A stretch of DNA of 64,000 nucleotides from Podarcis vaucheri (Eukaryota): NCBI GenBank assembly GCA_965113315.1, contig OZ220369.1. One strand, 5' to 3'. The notes under the pieces are model-generated. The model saw only the letters and a list, made by a program, of their open reading frames with translations. It was not told the origin of the DNA and did not search any database. This document shows, piece by piece, positions 23,205 through 37,628 of the stretch (position 1 is the first letter of the stretch; every line of letters begins with the position of its first letter). Position numbers and translations under genes: made by a program.

Positions 23205-24270
23205 ACAGAAGTAAGCCATGTCCTGTGTGCGTGTCTGGAGGCGCTTGGAGGATGGATGGCATCTAACAGATTGAGGTTGAATTCTGACAAGACGGAAGTA
23301 CTTTTCTTGGGGGGCAGGGTGTGGGCGGATGCGAGGGACTCCCTGGTCCTGAATAGGATAATTGTGCCACTGAAGGACCAGGTGTGGAGCCTGGGAGTCA
23401 TTTTGGACTCACAGCTGTCCATGGAGTCACAGTTCAATTCTGGGTATAGGGCAGCTGTCTACCAGCTCCATTTGGTATGCCAGCTGAGACCCTACATGTC
23501 TGTAGACCAGGGGTTGTCAGCCTGGTCCCTACCATCCACTAGTGGCTGTTTCAGGATTCTAGGTGGGTGATAGGTGGTTCTACTGCACAAGCTGAATCCT
23601 CCTCCATCAAGCGCTGGTGGGCAGTAAGGAAATTTTACCAACAAGAAAGATGTGTTAGTGGCGGTAGGTATAAAAAGGTTGACTACCCCTGCTGTAGACT
23701 GTCCGCCAGAGTGATTATCTGGTTATCACCCACTTACATTACTGCAATGTGCTCTATGTGAGGCTAACTTTGAAGGTAACCTGGAAACTACAACTAATCC
23801 AAAATGTGGCAGCTAGACTGGTGACTGGGAGTGGCCGCCGAGACCATATAACACCAGTCCTAAAGGATCTTCACTGGCTCCTAGTACTTTTCAGAGCACA
23901 TTTCAAAATGTTGGTACTGACCTTTAAAGTCCTAAATGGCCTTGACGCATTATACCTGAAGGAGCATCTCTGCCTCCATCATTCAGCCCAGACACTGGGG
24001 TCCACTTCTAGCAGTTCCCTCACTGCAAGAAGTACAGTTACAGGGAACCAGCGAAGGGGCCTTCTCAGCAGTGGAACACCATCCCGTCAGATGTCAGGGA
24101 AATAAAGAATTACACAACTTTTAGAAACATCTGAAGGCAGCCCTGTTTAGGGAAGTTTTAAATGTCTGACATTTTATTATTTTTTAGTATTTTGCTGGAA
24201 GCCACCCAGTGTGGCTGAGGAAACCCAGCCAGATGGGTGGGGTATAAACAATTAAATTATTATTATTATA
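23205..24270 (+). mobile_element. Degraded L2-clade LINE 3' part
   Basis: WMASNRLRLNSDKTEVL, SLGVILDSQLSM, KLQLIQNVAARLV, DHITPVLKDLHWL; 3' end cagccagatgggtggggtataa(att)n. Confidence 0.85.
23508..23691. mobile_element. hAT MITE inserted in L2
   Basis: TIR caggggttgtcagcct / aggttgactacccctg (14/16); perfect 8-bp TSD ctgtagac. Confidence 0.88.
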
Positions 24271-27029
24271 ATAAGTTACGTGGATAGAGCGACAGTCCTT
24301 ATCATATCTCTCCTACAGTCCTGAACATAAGAATCTGCCTGATACTGAACCATCTAGTCCAGGGATGTCTATGCTGAATAGGACCACCTCTCCAAGACTT
24401 CAGGTAAAGGTATTCCACAGTTCAGCTTTTTAAAATACTTTTAACTGGATTTTCCAGGGATTGAACGTGGATCCTTCTATGTTCAAAGCAAGTACCCTGT
24501 CATCATAGCTTTCTATGGTCATATTATCCTATCTCGTGGGTGAACATACATACATGAACATTGAGATCTTCTTCAGAAGCCTGTGTCTGGGTAATTCCAC
24601 CAAGTGAAATGCGGTGAGTGCATACCAAGGAAAGGGCCTTCTCAGTGGTGGCTCCCTGGTTGTGGAATGCTTCTTCAGAAAGGCTCACCTCACACCTTCA
24701 TGATAAGGTTGCTAGGTGGACTTTTTAAAAACAAAATAAAAACCTCACAGCTTTTGGTTGTTTTATGAAATTGTTGCTTAGCGACATTGGGTTTTAACTG
24801 TTGTTGTTTTCAGTTTGCAACCAGCCCAGTGAACAGTGTTGGGGGTGTGAGAGATATGTCGTGCGGGTAATGGGATGCAGTATTTCCTCGCTGTGATGCA
24901 TTGTTGCAGTTGCTGCCATACACATGGTCCCCCTCACAGAACTGGAGTGGGAGGTCAGTCCTGGGGTGGGGGGTCAGTTTGGGTATGGCTTGTGTTTCAG
25001 GAGGCTGGGTTGTTTATGAAGAGGGGTCAGGGTTAGGCAGTGTGGCTTACGGCCGGACAAGGTGTGTGAGGGAGTTGGGCTGTGAGAGAGTTGCAGTAGA
25101 GTAGACACATTCATGTATGTGAGGTGTGTGGCCCTCCAGGTTTCAGGATTCCCAGTGTGCCAAAGGCCCTAAACATTTGGTAACCTCTTAACTAACCACT
25201 GCACCACAGCGGGGTGGGCATGCATGCGTGCATGATTATGAGCTGTGGCCTCCCAGGAGAGTTTCTTAGGATTCCAGATGTGCCTTCCAGAGTTTATGAG
25301 TCCTCATCTAACCACTGCGCCACACTGTGATCTTTCATAACTTAAGGAATAGCCATTGTACATAGCATCCACTAGGTGGCTTCCTCTGCAAACACCTCAT
25401 TTCTGGCAAAGCATTGGCTTCATTTTTGCATTCAGTCATGGTTAACACTGTTTTCCAGTACAGTATTTGTTTTCCCAAAGCATTAATAGGGCAATGAAAC
25501 CTTAATAGCTTTTGAACCACTGATCGGAACTTCACCAGACGGAGGCAAGAAACCTGAATAATGTGAATCTGTAGGTTTTGGGGTTTTTTAAACCAAAATT
25601 GGAAAATAATTATATGATAATTTTTCTGAATGACAGAAAATAAAGGGGCTAGTACCCATTTCAAGCACTTTTTCACTTACTGGATAAACATGAGTTTTGG
25701 CACTTTCATAGATCTCATCAATTGATCACTATTTCAATTTTCAAGTTTTTACCCCAGCAGATGTCAATTTTATAAACTATATAATTTTAAGGTTCATGGG
25801 ACCTCATGTTCTCCTATAATGGGGTGGTAGCCAGCTCAGCGTAGAGCCACTGAAATCAATTCTCCGTCTATGACAAACTTTGAATGTCACCTCAAATAAA
25901 TTAATTTCTTTTTCCTTAGAAGATAGATAGAAAAGGTTGGCTCTAGCAAGCCTAAAGCTCTCTTTACGTGTGCTTAATTGACAGGCACTTCTTGACACCC
26001 ACGAGCTTTTCAGCTAGTTAGTACTAAAACCCTGGCTGCCTTCAGAGTTATCTAAATGGATAAATGTGGGTCTGTTAATATCAAATCATATCCCATTATA
26101 TTTACAGGGATAAGTAGGACATGGATGGATGGCTGCTGCAGCTTAAGAACTCCATTATGTTTCGGTATGCTTATTGGTGGTTAAAATGTTAATGGGTAGC
26201 ATTCTGAAATGGCTCTTGCAAAGCTAAGGAAATCTACTTGACATGTGGGTTGGTGGGGAGGGGAGGAGCTGGGGGGGGACAAATAAAGCTAATTTAGGCC
26301 TTGCCTCATTAATCAGATGTGCCTACAGCTAAGAAAGTGTCACCTAAGTATGCTTTTGCTTTTTGCTGTATACTGCTGATGAAGATACTGACATACAAAA
26401 GAGCAGTAATTGGATTTCTGATTGTAGGCAGTGGTGTATTTCTTTTTTTAAAAGAAAACAAACAAACCACAAAGCAATGAATTAGAATGTGCATTTTGAC
26501 TGACCTTCGGGAAGAATGCCTACGGCATTTCCCATGTGGTAGCTGTCATACAATACAAATTAGCTATACAATCCACTTTGCTAAACTGTTTGCAGTTGTA
26601 TGCTGTCCCCTAGAAATGCTTTCTAAAACTACTTGCCACGTTATATCAATCTGGGGGCTCTGGTCTTGTTCATCCCTAAGACAGAGGTGGGGAACATGTG
26701 GCTTTCTAGCTGTTGCTGAACTCCAGCTTCCACCAGACTCAGACACCACGGTCAAAGGGAAGGGAAGCAGAGATGCAGGACATGGGGGGGTGTGCAAAAG
26801 TTTCCATGTTGTTTGGAAAGGTAGAAAATTGTGGGTTCTCTGTTGGTGGAGCATGCTAGTAGTGCTGCCCCTCACACATAGCAGAGAAGATTGGGAGTTT
26901 AGATTGCACACAAATTTGTAGCTCTGAAACACACAACCCACAATATTTCCTCTATTTTTCTTCTGTTATCTTTTATTCACAAAATCATATAGAAAGGCAA
27001 AACAATGGTGGTCATATTGCTTGTATATT

Positions 27030-27298
27030 GGGTTGTCATATTTCAAAAAGTGAAAATCCGGACAGAAAAGTTGTTGAGCTTCTTTAGGCAAAATTGTTGA
27101 ACTTGGGGGGGGGGGGCAAAGCCATTGAGGTTTTTTAAGTTTTGCACAAAGTTCTTGAGTTTTTTAAATGGGAAATTGGCAAAACTGACACTGCCATACT
27201 TACAGATTTTCCTGGACATTTGAACATTTCCGCCCAGACACTGCTGTTGACTTCAGTATTTCAGATATGTCCAGGGAATTCCGGACATATGGCAACCA
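27030..27298. mobile_element. Non-autonomous DNA transposon (gggttgccatat-type ends)
   Basis: ggttgtcatat...atatggcaacc inverted ends; internal ccggaca motifs; related to 44187-44329. Confidence 0.5.
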
Positions 27299-28809
27299 AA
27301 TTGGAAGGTGGCTCAGCTGTAGATCATAACCAGGCAGGACAAGGCAGAGAAGCCCAGATGTGCACATTCAGCCTCTACGCATAAGGTTCCCCATCAATAG
27401 AACCATAGATTTGGAGGGTTAGGAGGGACCCCAAGGGATAGCTAGTTCAACTGCCTAAAAAACACCTTGTCTTAGGACAGACAGGCAGGAATAGCAGGGT
27501 CAAGGCTAACAATATACAACAGACTTCTAAGCTTTATATCATGAAGTGTTTCCAAATTACAGTTGATAGACTAGCCTTTGGTATCACATTTCTAGGCCTG
27601 AATGATTATGAAATATTAAGAAAGGGTAGAAGAAACTTTACAACCTGTCCTCTTTGAAAACCAAAGATACCTTGCCGACAATTTGAATAAAACATTTGTA
27701 GGTGCTGCAAGGGAAATTCTCAGTGGAATGCGAATCAGCCTTTCAACAAACATTAATGGAGGAAAAGTGAGACTGAGATTATTATGAAGTGCTAAAAGCA
27801 CTGCCTGGCAGTTTAGATAAACAAAAATTAGAGCCCCCACAAATAACAGCTGAGAAGACTGACATTTCCTATGCTTTTAGGAGATGCTAAATTAAGAAGG
27901 CAAAATCCTAAGCAAGAGGAATCAACTAAGGATGTGTCATAGAAAGGCAAGGTTTTCTGTTTTCTCTTGAAGTGTTTGAAGATAATCAAGACAAATTTGT
28001 TCACAGTTGTTTTCAACACTGAGTGCAAATCAGAAGCCAGAGCTATGTGAATGAACTCATGGGGCACATCTACACTGAAACTGGTTTGATTGTATTTTCC
28101 CTATGGAAACTCAAATGAGAATTATAGGTTTATGTTGGTGGTGAAGAATTATTTGTAGAGTATTAACCTTTTTCACAGAATTGCAGTTTCCAGGGATCCT
28201 TGGCTGAGAGCCGTAGAAGTAGGGTTGCAATCTTAAGTCCCTAAGGAGCTTTCCAAGTAAGCATTTCTAAGAATGGCACTTGGAAGTCAGTTTTACTGCA
28301 GGGATAGGGTTGGTTTTCAGCTGCTGTGCCAGATGCTTGGGTCTCCCAACCCTCATGGGCCATTTTGACAGTTAGGCAAGGCCACCCAACTGTCAATCAC
28401 TTGATGCTGCCAGGTGAAGTAGTTTGCATTCAGCTAACTTCTACTCAAAGTAGACCATTTAGCATTGTCATGTTCGTTAACTTCAATGGGTATGCTCTGA
28501 GTAGGAGTAGCATTGAATTCCACTCGGTGTTTTCAGCTAATCACTGGTGCTTCCAAATCCCTGTGCTTTTGCAAGTACTAGTGGCCATGGTGGTGCTTGC
28601 AAACAGACTGTGTTTTGCACGTGTCCCCAATCAGCTAATAAGTGGTGCCTACAGATCCTGCTTTTGGCAGGGAGCTGCCTCTGTATCTGCCCAGCACCTG
28701 ATGTCCCATATTTAGATGAAATGGTCCTATGGGCCAAAGAAGGAAGTCTTCTACTTTGCTATATGGGAAAGTTTTTAATGTTTTATATTTTACTATGTTA
28801 TACAGGCTG

Positions 28810-28853
28810 CAAGCCACCCTGAGTGGCTGGAGAAACCCAGCCAGATGGGTGGG

Positions 28854-28894
<41 letters not shown>
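28810..28894 (+). mobile_element. L2-type 3' end with (TTA)n tail
   Basis: gccaccctgagtggctggagaaacccagccagatgggtggggtat, as at 24200-24270 and 38338-38380. Confidence 0.65.
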
Positions 28895-28895
<1 letters not shown>

Positions 28896-28998
28896 GCATG
28901 CAGGTTGGAGGCTCTCAACTGTTGTTTTATTGCTTTCAGTGAAATATGCTCCCACGTAGATGTGGTTAAGGTCAGGATATGAAACAAGTTTGAGAGTA

Positions 28999-29250
28999 CA
29001 GTGGTACCTTGGTTTATGAACTTAATCCATTCTGGAAGTGCATTCTTAAACCAAAGCATTCTTAAACCAAGGTGTACTTTCCAATAGCAGCGGAGGACTC
29101 AATTTACAAATGGAACACACTCAACAGGAAGTGAAACATGTTCTGCTTCCAAGGCAAAGTTCACAAACCAAAACACCTACTTCCGGGTTTGCAGAGTTCT
29201 TAATCCAAGTTGTTCATAAACTAAGCTGTTCTTAAACCAAGGTACCACTG
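28999..29250. mobile_element. Tc1/mariner-type MITE
   Basis: TIR cagtggtaccttggttta / taaaccaaggtaccactg; TA TSD. Confidence 0.88.
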
Positions 29251-29636
29251 TAGTTTAAATGAGGGCTGTCAGATGATCCATGATAGCACAGTTGATTTTT
29301 CTTAACTTCTATACTACTAATTAAATAATTAAATGCATTTTTTTGCATGTGTGAAAAAGCAAGAGATCTGAAGGGAAAAAATACTTTTTTAAAATTAACC
29401 AGGCATCAACTTGAAGAACTGTCCTCCCTTCTCTCTCACAAAGAGATGGCCTCATTAAAGATGGAACTTGCTATAGGTATGATTTTTTATAAGTACTTGT
29501 AATAAGCATAGTTTCAGGGTTTATTTGGGGGGGGGGAGGAGGGAATTGTAGAATCTGGTGACCCGCTCATTTGGCAGGTGGCATTTGCTGAACTTCACAG
29601 TCAGTCAAAACATTTTTAATCAATTAACCTTGCCAA

Positions 29637-30043
29637 CAGGGCCGTCTTAAGCATATCTGGCACCGTGGTGCAAAGATCCCTCTGCCCCCCCCCCCGGTTT
29701 CCCAGAGTTGCCAACCTTTTTAAGGGAGGACAGTGCTCTGCCGGCGACGCAACCACTTTTGCGAGGCTAGAGGAGGCGAGCAGCAACTGAAGGGCAGCTC
29801 CTCCAGTGGGGAAGAGGCAGAGGCTGGCTGCGGCAGCTCTCGGCTCAGCTGGCTGCTTTGTGCCATGGTGGCCACAGCACGAGGAGGCTCCATGCGCAGT
29901 GCTGCTTCAGCACGGCATGGCGGAGGCGGGCGAGGACGGCGAGCTGATGCCGGGAGGTGCTGCATCCAGCCTCCACCTCTTCTCTGGCGCCCTCCAGAAC
30001 ATGGTGCCCTGTGCCACTAGCCTGTATGGGTAAGACGCCCCTG
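29637..30043. mobile_element. GC-rich hAT MITE
   Basis: TIR cagggccgtctta / taagacgcccctg; perfect 8-bp TSD cttgccaa. Confidence 0.88.
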
Positions 30044-33000
30044 CTTGCCAATGTTTTAAGAGATGCTTAAAAAGCTTGATCTTCCTGAATTCTGAAACAA
30101 AGTGATATAGCCCACACTTCCTGGAATGGTGTGCAAACCTTAGCATATGTATCCACAAGCTTTTGCAATCCCCAAATGCTCTGATGTAGCTGTCAGCTCA
30201 AAATAAAAATAAAAGTGTGTTTGAAACACTTATTTTGGAGAAAAAAATACTTTTAGAAATGTGTGGTTTGAGATGTCACACATTTTAAAATATGCATTTA
30301 AAGACATACTTCAGTTTCAAATATGGGTTATTTTTTATTTTTGTTTTAGAGTTGATTAATGTGGAAACAGGACAGAACAGACTTACAGGTGAGCACACAT
30401 GAAAGTGGCCTGAAGGCAAATTAGACTGAGTCATCCAACCCTACAGTTGCCTAAATTTTGCAGCCATATTTTAAATTTGTAACTTGGACACCAGACTGTC
30501 ATTTTTCCAGTGCTGCATGGGGAAGGCATGGAACATCCTTTCATCAAATGTCTGGTCAGGTGCTCCCTGGGTAGGAGTGGGGAAGGTTTGGTGTGGAAGT
30601 CACTGCCATGCATATGCATTAGCGAAGCCAGTTGGTGGACATGCCAGCCTCCCTGCCAGCTCCTGCCTCCCATTTCCATCCCACTAAGCATCAGGCGACT
30701 CAACTGTTGGGATATCAGGTGAGCACCACTGCCCTACTACAGCATCCATTGCTTTCTGGTATGTTTCTGACCCACAAGCAGAGTTGTGTGTATATATCAC
30801 TTAATATAATGAAAATCAATAAGCAATAAAAACATGAGAATATTCAATAAAACATCCTAAAAACCAGATAAAACAGACAAAAGCAAAACACCACTGTATT
30901 TCACAAGCAAAGCTGATAAAACAAATAAGGTATTTACAACACCAAGAGAAAGAAGACATGCTCTGGGTGAAGCCACTTCAGGCCTTGTCCAAGACCTTTT
31001 ATTGTCTGAGATGAAGTACAAGATGGCAGCCTCTCCCATTCCATGGACAAAAGGCAACTGGATTAGCAGTTGAAACTTATTCTGCTGGCAATGGGACAGC
31101 ATCCTCCACTGCATCTAAGGTCAGCAGGTTGGCTTGTGGATGCAAGGCTGGCCACATGACACACACAGTGACCTGTTTGATCCCCACCTGGCAGCATTTG
31201 CCTCCTGCAGTGGGTGCCTCACTCTGACTTATAGTAGGGCTGGGCCTGGACCACTTCATGAAAAATGAGGTCTCTAACATCCTAGCATCCATTCTTCTCT
31301 GCAGCAGAAGGGAGGGTAAACTTACTTCTGCTATGCAGAGGGAATTAATTGCATTCTTCTGCTTTGGTTTCACAAACTTGTGTAAAACAAGATTTGAGAT
31401 TTCATGGCACAGAATTAATGTAATTTACTAGTCATGCAGCTGCACAGTAAAGGCCTGGAATTCCTGTCCATTAAAAGGTTGATAACCCTCCTAGGAACTC
31501 ATGGTGGGGGTTTTTAAAGCAGTGAAACTTTGAAATGTGGCAGGGGATTCTGGACTTTGAAAGCCAACCTGCAGTACTCTGAACAGGTGACTGTCTTCTC
31601 TCTGGGATAACTGAAGCAACACATGATCAGTGAGTGACAGCAATTAAGCATTCCCTTTTTGCAAAAGCTATTATTTAGCATTCATTTTATGTCTTTTGCA
31701 ATCTTGTGTGACAGATCCCAGCTTGATGTCTACATGCCAATCACTCCTTCTCTTTAATTAGGTTTGCATACAAACCAAGCAAACTTCAGGAGAACCTTCC
31801 TTGCATTTATGAATTCTTGAGGTGTATAAAATGTTTACATCACATTTATTGATATAGCTCTGCTGGGTATACTTAAAGTAATGCTCAATTTCCTCCTCTT
31901 TAGTGCAGAAATAATAGACCTGATCACAGCTGAGAGCTTCATCGGCTGTTATGGGATAAGGTGAGATATTTATTTGTGCCTGGAGACCTTTGGAGGTCTT
32001 GTGAGACAGTGCAACCAGCTTTTGTTTTGTGTTTGAAGAGAATTTTTAAATATTTTCTCAGAATGAAGAATGTTTTCTCAGTAAATATTTCCCTAATGAT
32101 ATGGCGCCAAACACTGAAGTAGATATATATATAAAAGGCAGATTCCTCAAAAAGAAACAGGTGCATGGGCCAAGAATTAGTAGTTTTAGAGGTGAGCAAA
32201 CCATCTTAATGGAACAATCTCTTGATTGCATGAGGGATCTTCTCTGTCCAAATGGTCTACACCATAACTTTGACTATGGGTCACGTTGGCTGGAGCTGAT
32301 GGAAGCTGGAATCTGAATAGTTAGTTCCCTTTCTCTATCCATAATGACTTCCTCATTTGCTTGGGGTGTTTATGCCTATGTGAACTAACTTGTCAAATTT
32401 ACTGAAAAATAGATGGGGAGGCCCTTGCAATCCACCAGAGCATGCATGAGACACTGGATCCGTGTGTTCATGTATGCCAGGAATTCCAGGAACTTGATCT
32501 AGAAACAATGCAGGCTGATGAAAGGTAACAGTAACAGAAAAGAATAAGCATATGCCACAACAGCTCCTGTGATTAGTTAGCAGTAGGGTGCCTTGGGATA
32601 GACTGTGCCTGGCAGGAAGGGCTGCAGCTCAGCAGTAGAGCATCTGCTTTGAATGAAGATTCAAACTCAGCATTGGGCTGAGAAATATTCCCTGTCTGAA
32701 ACACCGGAGAACTACTACCATTCATTGTAGACAACACTGGACTAGATGGATCAGTGGTCTGAGTTGGAATAAGGCACATCCTACGGTTCTGAATGCCAGG
32801 TACTGGCCTGCCGCTGTCCTTAGCCAGACAATCCCATCTGCTCTTCCAAGCAACAGGCAGTTAGAAAGAAATCACTGTGGATTGTGCATGACCACCCCCT
32901 GTCTCGTCTGCACGGAAGTAGGAAAGGACATGGTGTTTGCGCCATAGAATGGTTTCTTCAGGCCCTCTTCTTGCATCAAAGGGGAAATTATTTCCCCTAT

Positions 33001-33859
33001 GCCCTCATGTATGGATCTGTCAATTTCAGAAAGTTATATTCGACCATTGAAATTAGCGAGCCTGAGCTAGTCATGTCCATTAACTTCAGTGAGTCTACTT
33101 TAAATAGGACTTGGTTTATCACAGTTTCTCATTTTTCCAGTCTTACATTCAGTTTGCAATTATTTTTATTTTTTTAAAGCCCTCATGAAAATTTAGGAGC
33201 ATTTCAGTGCACGTTTATTCTTATTTACGCATTCTTGTTTGCAATTTTGCCATATATACAAATCACTGCAAGGGATTTTTACTAATATAATGCATTTTTA
33301 TAAGTTATTTGCACAAACACACTGCATTTTTATGCACATTTCCATTCAGCACATATATTTTCTACACCTTATTTGGAGAAGTGCAAATTTTGAAGAGTGT
33401 CTCTCTTTCACTTTGAATATTGTTTCTGAAAGTGCAAATTAGGTTGGTTTGCAATTAACATTCAAAATGAAGCAAATTTCCTTTCCTCCTTGTCAGGCCT
33501 TCTGCCAGAAGCAGAAGAAAATCAAAAGACTGGTGATGTTCAGAGATTTGAAACCAACAGAAAAAAAGAATATATCGTGTAATCTCCTGAGAAGTTTCCA
33601 CCTGATGAGCCATGGAACTGAAAAATATCCCAATGAAGTTTCCCAGAATCATTTCCTTTGATTATATTCCAGTTTTAATTAGGTTCTTAGCATAAGCATG
33701 CAATGCACTTGAAGGCAGGTCATGGCAGGAGACAGGTTTTAAACAAAAGGAACTCGGAGATCAACAGTGAACACAGCTATTATTCTTTGGCAGGAGGTTT
33801 ATCCTTTCTTCTCTCCCTTTTGTCTTTGTTTCACCCCTTAGCAAGTAACAAAGGAAAGT

Positions 33860-33862
<3 letters not shown>

Positions 33863-33909
<47 letters not shown>

Positions 33910-33916
33910 AAGAGAG
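33863..33916. repeat. (GA)n microsatellite
   Basis: Visible directly. Confidence 0.9.
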
Positions 33917-36900
33917 AAATAGTGTTGATGGAGATGCTTCATAAGTGACACAGTTGCTGGGGATTTAGGATTAAGCCATGAATTTACATAATGTCAGATA
34001 GTTACAACAAATGGAGGCAGATTAAATTCTGAACTCAAAAAAGCTACCCCAAAGTTGTTGTGATTCAGCTTCTGAAATGAACATCATGGCTGTATTATAA
34101 CAGATTTGGAAAATTTTGTTGTTGTTGTTGTTGCAACTCGCTCTTCAGCAACACAGATAGTAGAGTGGGTTACAAAAGAAAAACAAGCAACCAAATCATC
34201 AAGTAACAATGATGCCAACAAAAATAGACCACCAAACAAATACAATTTATAAAATACACCAGACTTAACATTTCTCAAGTTAGAAAACTTTAAATACCTG
34301 GGAAAAGCAAAGCAAAGTATGTCAACCTGGTACAAAAATAACACAATCAGCACTGGTCATACCTAAAAGATAGGCAGGGGTGACTTCTGCTCTGTGGACA
34401 GAATCAGGCCTGCCAGAGGTGCTAATGTGGCCTTTGAAGCCATTTTCCCTCAGCTTCATCCACTTGCCCAACAACTGACATCACACTGGAACAACTAGGA
34501 ACATTAGAGTGCAAACAACGCTTGTATTCACCATATTTTGAAATTGGGGAAAAACACACCTTTCTGGGACCAGCTCCTCTTGGAAACATCTGATCATATA
34601 TATTTAGAGGTCACTAAATCTAAGCAGTGCAGATAATATAACAGTTGATAAATACAGCTAAAATCCTCAAAAACAATTAATAAAAATTTACTTATATATG
34701 AAACAATTATTTTTTTTTAAAAAAACACACACATTAAGATCATTAAAACTTTTAAAATAAATATGGGTAACTAAATTGTATGAGCTGTATCCACTGTTAG
34801 TTCTATGCAGGATAGACCCATTGAAATTAATGAAGCTATGTTGGTCATGTCCATTAACTTCAATGGGTCTCATTTGTGCAATGGATACTGTCAGCCTACA
34901 TATTAGTATTGGGAGGATACTGAATAACATCTAAGGTCTATTTTTGGATACCTGCAAGGTGATATTGTAATCGTGTGGGGAGAAGGAAGCTATGTATTTT
35001 TAAGAGCATTGGTTGTACTTCTTTTTTTAAGTACAGGGTTATTGCTATATACAGGAACAGAGACTTTATTTTTAAGTAAAAGGATTTGTGCCTTCGGCAT
35101 GCATTGCCACTTCTAGGGGCCCATTGACTTCCTTATCACAATCATCACTGAAGATGCAGTGCTGATAAGTGGGCTGGAGGTAGAAGTGCTTCTGAGACAC
35201 AATCCCAAGGAATCTCAAACAGGGATTGTTTCAAACAGAATCCCAAACAGTCTCCCTGCTTTCCCTAAATAATGCACCTGCTCTGGCTGATTCCTGCTGC
35301 CTGTGTCAGAAAACAGGATCTCCCTCTAGAGCAACCCTAGTATCTTCTAGCTAAGAAGTTTCCAGGTGCTCAGTTAGGCTGCCAATTGATCAATTATTCT
35401 TCCAATATAGCTTTTCCTCATTAGTTTGCAACCCAATTTTCCAGGTGCTGTGAAGAAGGCTTTCAAAACACACCCTGACAGAATAATGCTTAAACACTTG
35501 GCAAATTTAGGGAAGACAAATCGCCCCCTCCCCCTTTTCACTTCAGAGCCCAGTACATTATGCAAGGAAACCTACCCATGTTACTCCACACTGCTTCACT
35601 GCCATTTGAGTAGGCTTCTGCCATACAAGATACTTGGCAGTATCACAGTTGGCAAGGTAATCTTATATTATTGAGACATCCATCTTCCAACTAATTGTTA
35701 CCCCTTCTTCTCAATAAGCACAAATTTGAGGCTGGGGCTTGGTTTAAGGAAAATGCATCTCTATAGTTCCTAGTCTGCTCTAGCACATGACTTTGTTGCA
35801 AAACACTGTTGAGTCTCTGTTTTTCCTAGTCTTAATGGCAACAACTTATTTGGCTTGCTGTGAAGGAGTTGAAGCCCATAGGATTAGATTTAAGGGTCCC
35901 TCTGTTGGTGAAAAGCTACAGCAGCAATTGTTCCATCAGGAATCCCTCCAACTTGGGTCACATCCACACTGCAAATTTAAATTACAATTAACACACATTT
36001 AAAACACATGACTCACCCCAAATAATTCTGGGAACTGTGGCTTACCCTTCGTAGAACTACAATCCCTGGCACACTTAACAAGCTATCATTTCCATATTTC
36101 ATCTGTGTGTGTTTAGGGGGTGGGGGTAGGCAGCCTGGGTGGCAGAGTAGCTAGCTAGTGCTTACAATCAAGGGTGCCAACTTGAATAAAATATAGGAGG
36201 GGGAATAAGCCCCGCTTCACATATTTGACTACAAGATGTGGCACACACACCATTTGAATGGCAATGCCCATCAACTTGGTGGGGAGCCCCCTCAAATCTT
36301 TTATTGGGTGGTCCAAAGGGACCTCAGACCCTAGGAGTTGGCTCCTAGGCAACTCTTTCACTTTCCGCAGCAGCACTTTGGCTTTGCTGTGCTTCTTCGG
36401 GAAAGCTGTTTTCTCCAAGGGCATTCATGAACCCAGACAGCCACCCACACCTCCATGTGGTGTTTTCATGTTCTCATCACTTGCTGCATTTGCTTACAAA
36501 GCTCAGTGGTGCTCATTAACATTCACTGGATCTTTCTTCATGTTCCATACTGCTACCTACAATTAGTGCATGCAATAACGTGCAATGTACAGGAGGTGTC
36601 ATTCTGTTCAAACAGACGTATTGGAAGACAAGGGACATTTCAAGGGAAAATTTAGTTGCCATGCCTTAATTTGCATGCTAATTCTTTATGCAGATGGAAC
36701 CAAGTTATTTCATTTCATTTCAATGAAAGATGATGTACAAGTGAATATGAAGAGTGTCCTGCTTAACCTTCTGATATTTTGAAATCAAGAGCACCAAGTT
36801 CTTGGGGTATAGGGCATGAACTATATGTTCATGAATCCAGTCTACCATAGTTTGGGTTGAATTGAGATTTAGTTTTAGGTTACAATCCTAAGGCCATTTA

Positions 36901-36970
36901 GGAAGGTGCCTTCTACTGAGCCAGACTATTGGACAATCAGTGGTCCAACACTATCGTCTACACTCACTGA

Positions 36971-37628
36971 GTCATGGCCACTGGGCCCATCACCTCCTGG
37001 CAAATAGAAGGGGAAGAAATGGAGGCAGTGAGAGATTTTACTTTCTTGGGCTCCCTGATCACTGCAGATGGCAACAGCAGTCACGAAATTAAAAGACGGC
37101 TGCTCCTTGGGAGAAAGGCGATGGCAAACCTAGACAGCATCTTAAAAAGCAGAGACATCACCTTGCCAACAAAGGTCCGTATAGTTAAAGCCATGGTTTT
37201 CCAAGTAGTGATGTATGGAAGTGAGAGCTGGACCATAAAGAAGGCTGATCGCCGAAGAATTGATGCTTTTGAACTGTGGTGCTGGAGGAGACTCTTGAGA
37301 GTCCCATGGACTGCAAGATCAAACGCATCCATTCTTAAGGAAATTAGCCCTGAGTGCTCACTGGAAGGACAGATCGTGAAGCTGAGGCTCCAATACTTTG
37401 GCCACCTCATGAGAAGAGAAGACTCCCTGGAAAAGACTCTGATGTTGGGAAAGATTGAGGGCACAAGAAGAAGGGGACGACAGGATGAGATGGTTGGACA
37501 GTGTTCTCGAAGCTACAAACATGAGTCTGACCAAACTGCGGGAGGTAGTGGAAGACAGAAGTGCCTGGCATGCTCTGGTCCATGGAGTCACGAAGAGTCG
37601 GACACGACTAAATGACTAAACAACAACA
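36971..37628 (+). mobile_element. 5'-truncated BovB (RTE) LINE
   Basis: MATGPITSWQI...SHEIKRRLLLGRK...RRIDAFELWCWRRLLRVPWTAR...QYFGHLMRREDSLEKTLMLGKIEG; (CAA)n tail; TSD acactcactga (36960-36970 / 37629-37639). Confidence 0.92.

Noticed and set aside
29720-30158. Cluster of GC-rich overlapping ORFs suggesting an exon
   Set aside because: Lie almost entirely within a TSD-bounded hAT MITE; stop codons are scarce because of GC content
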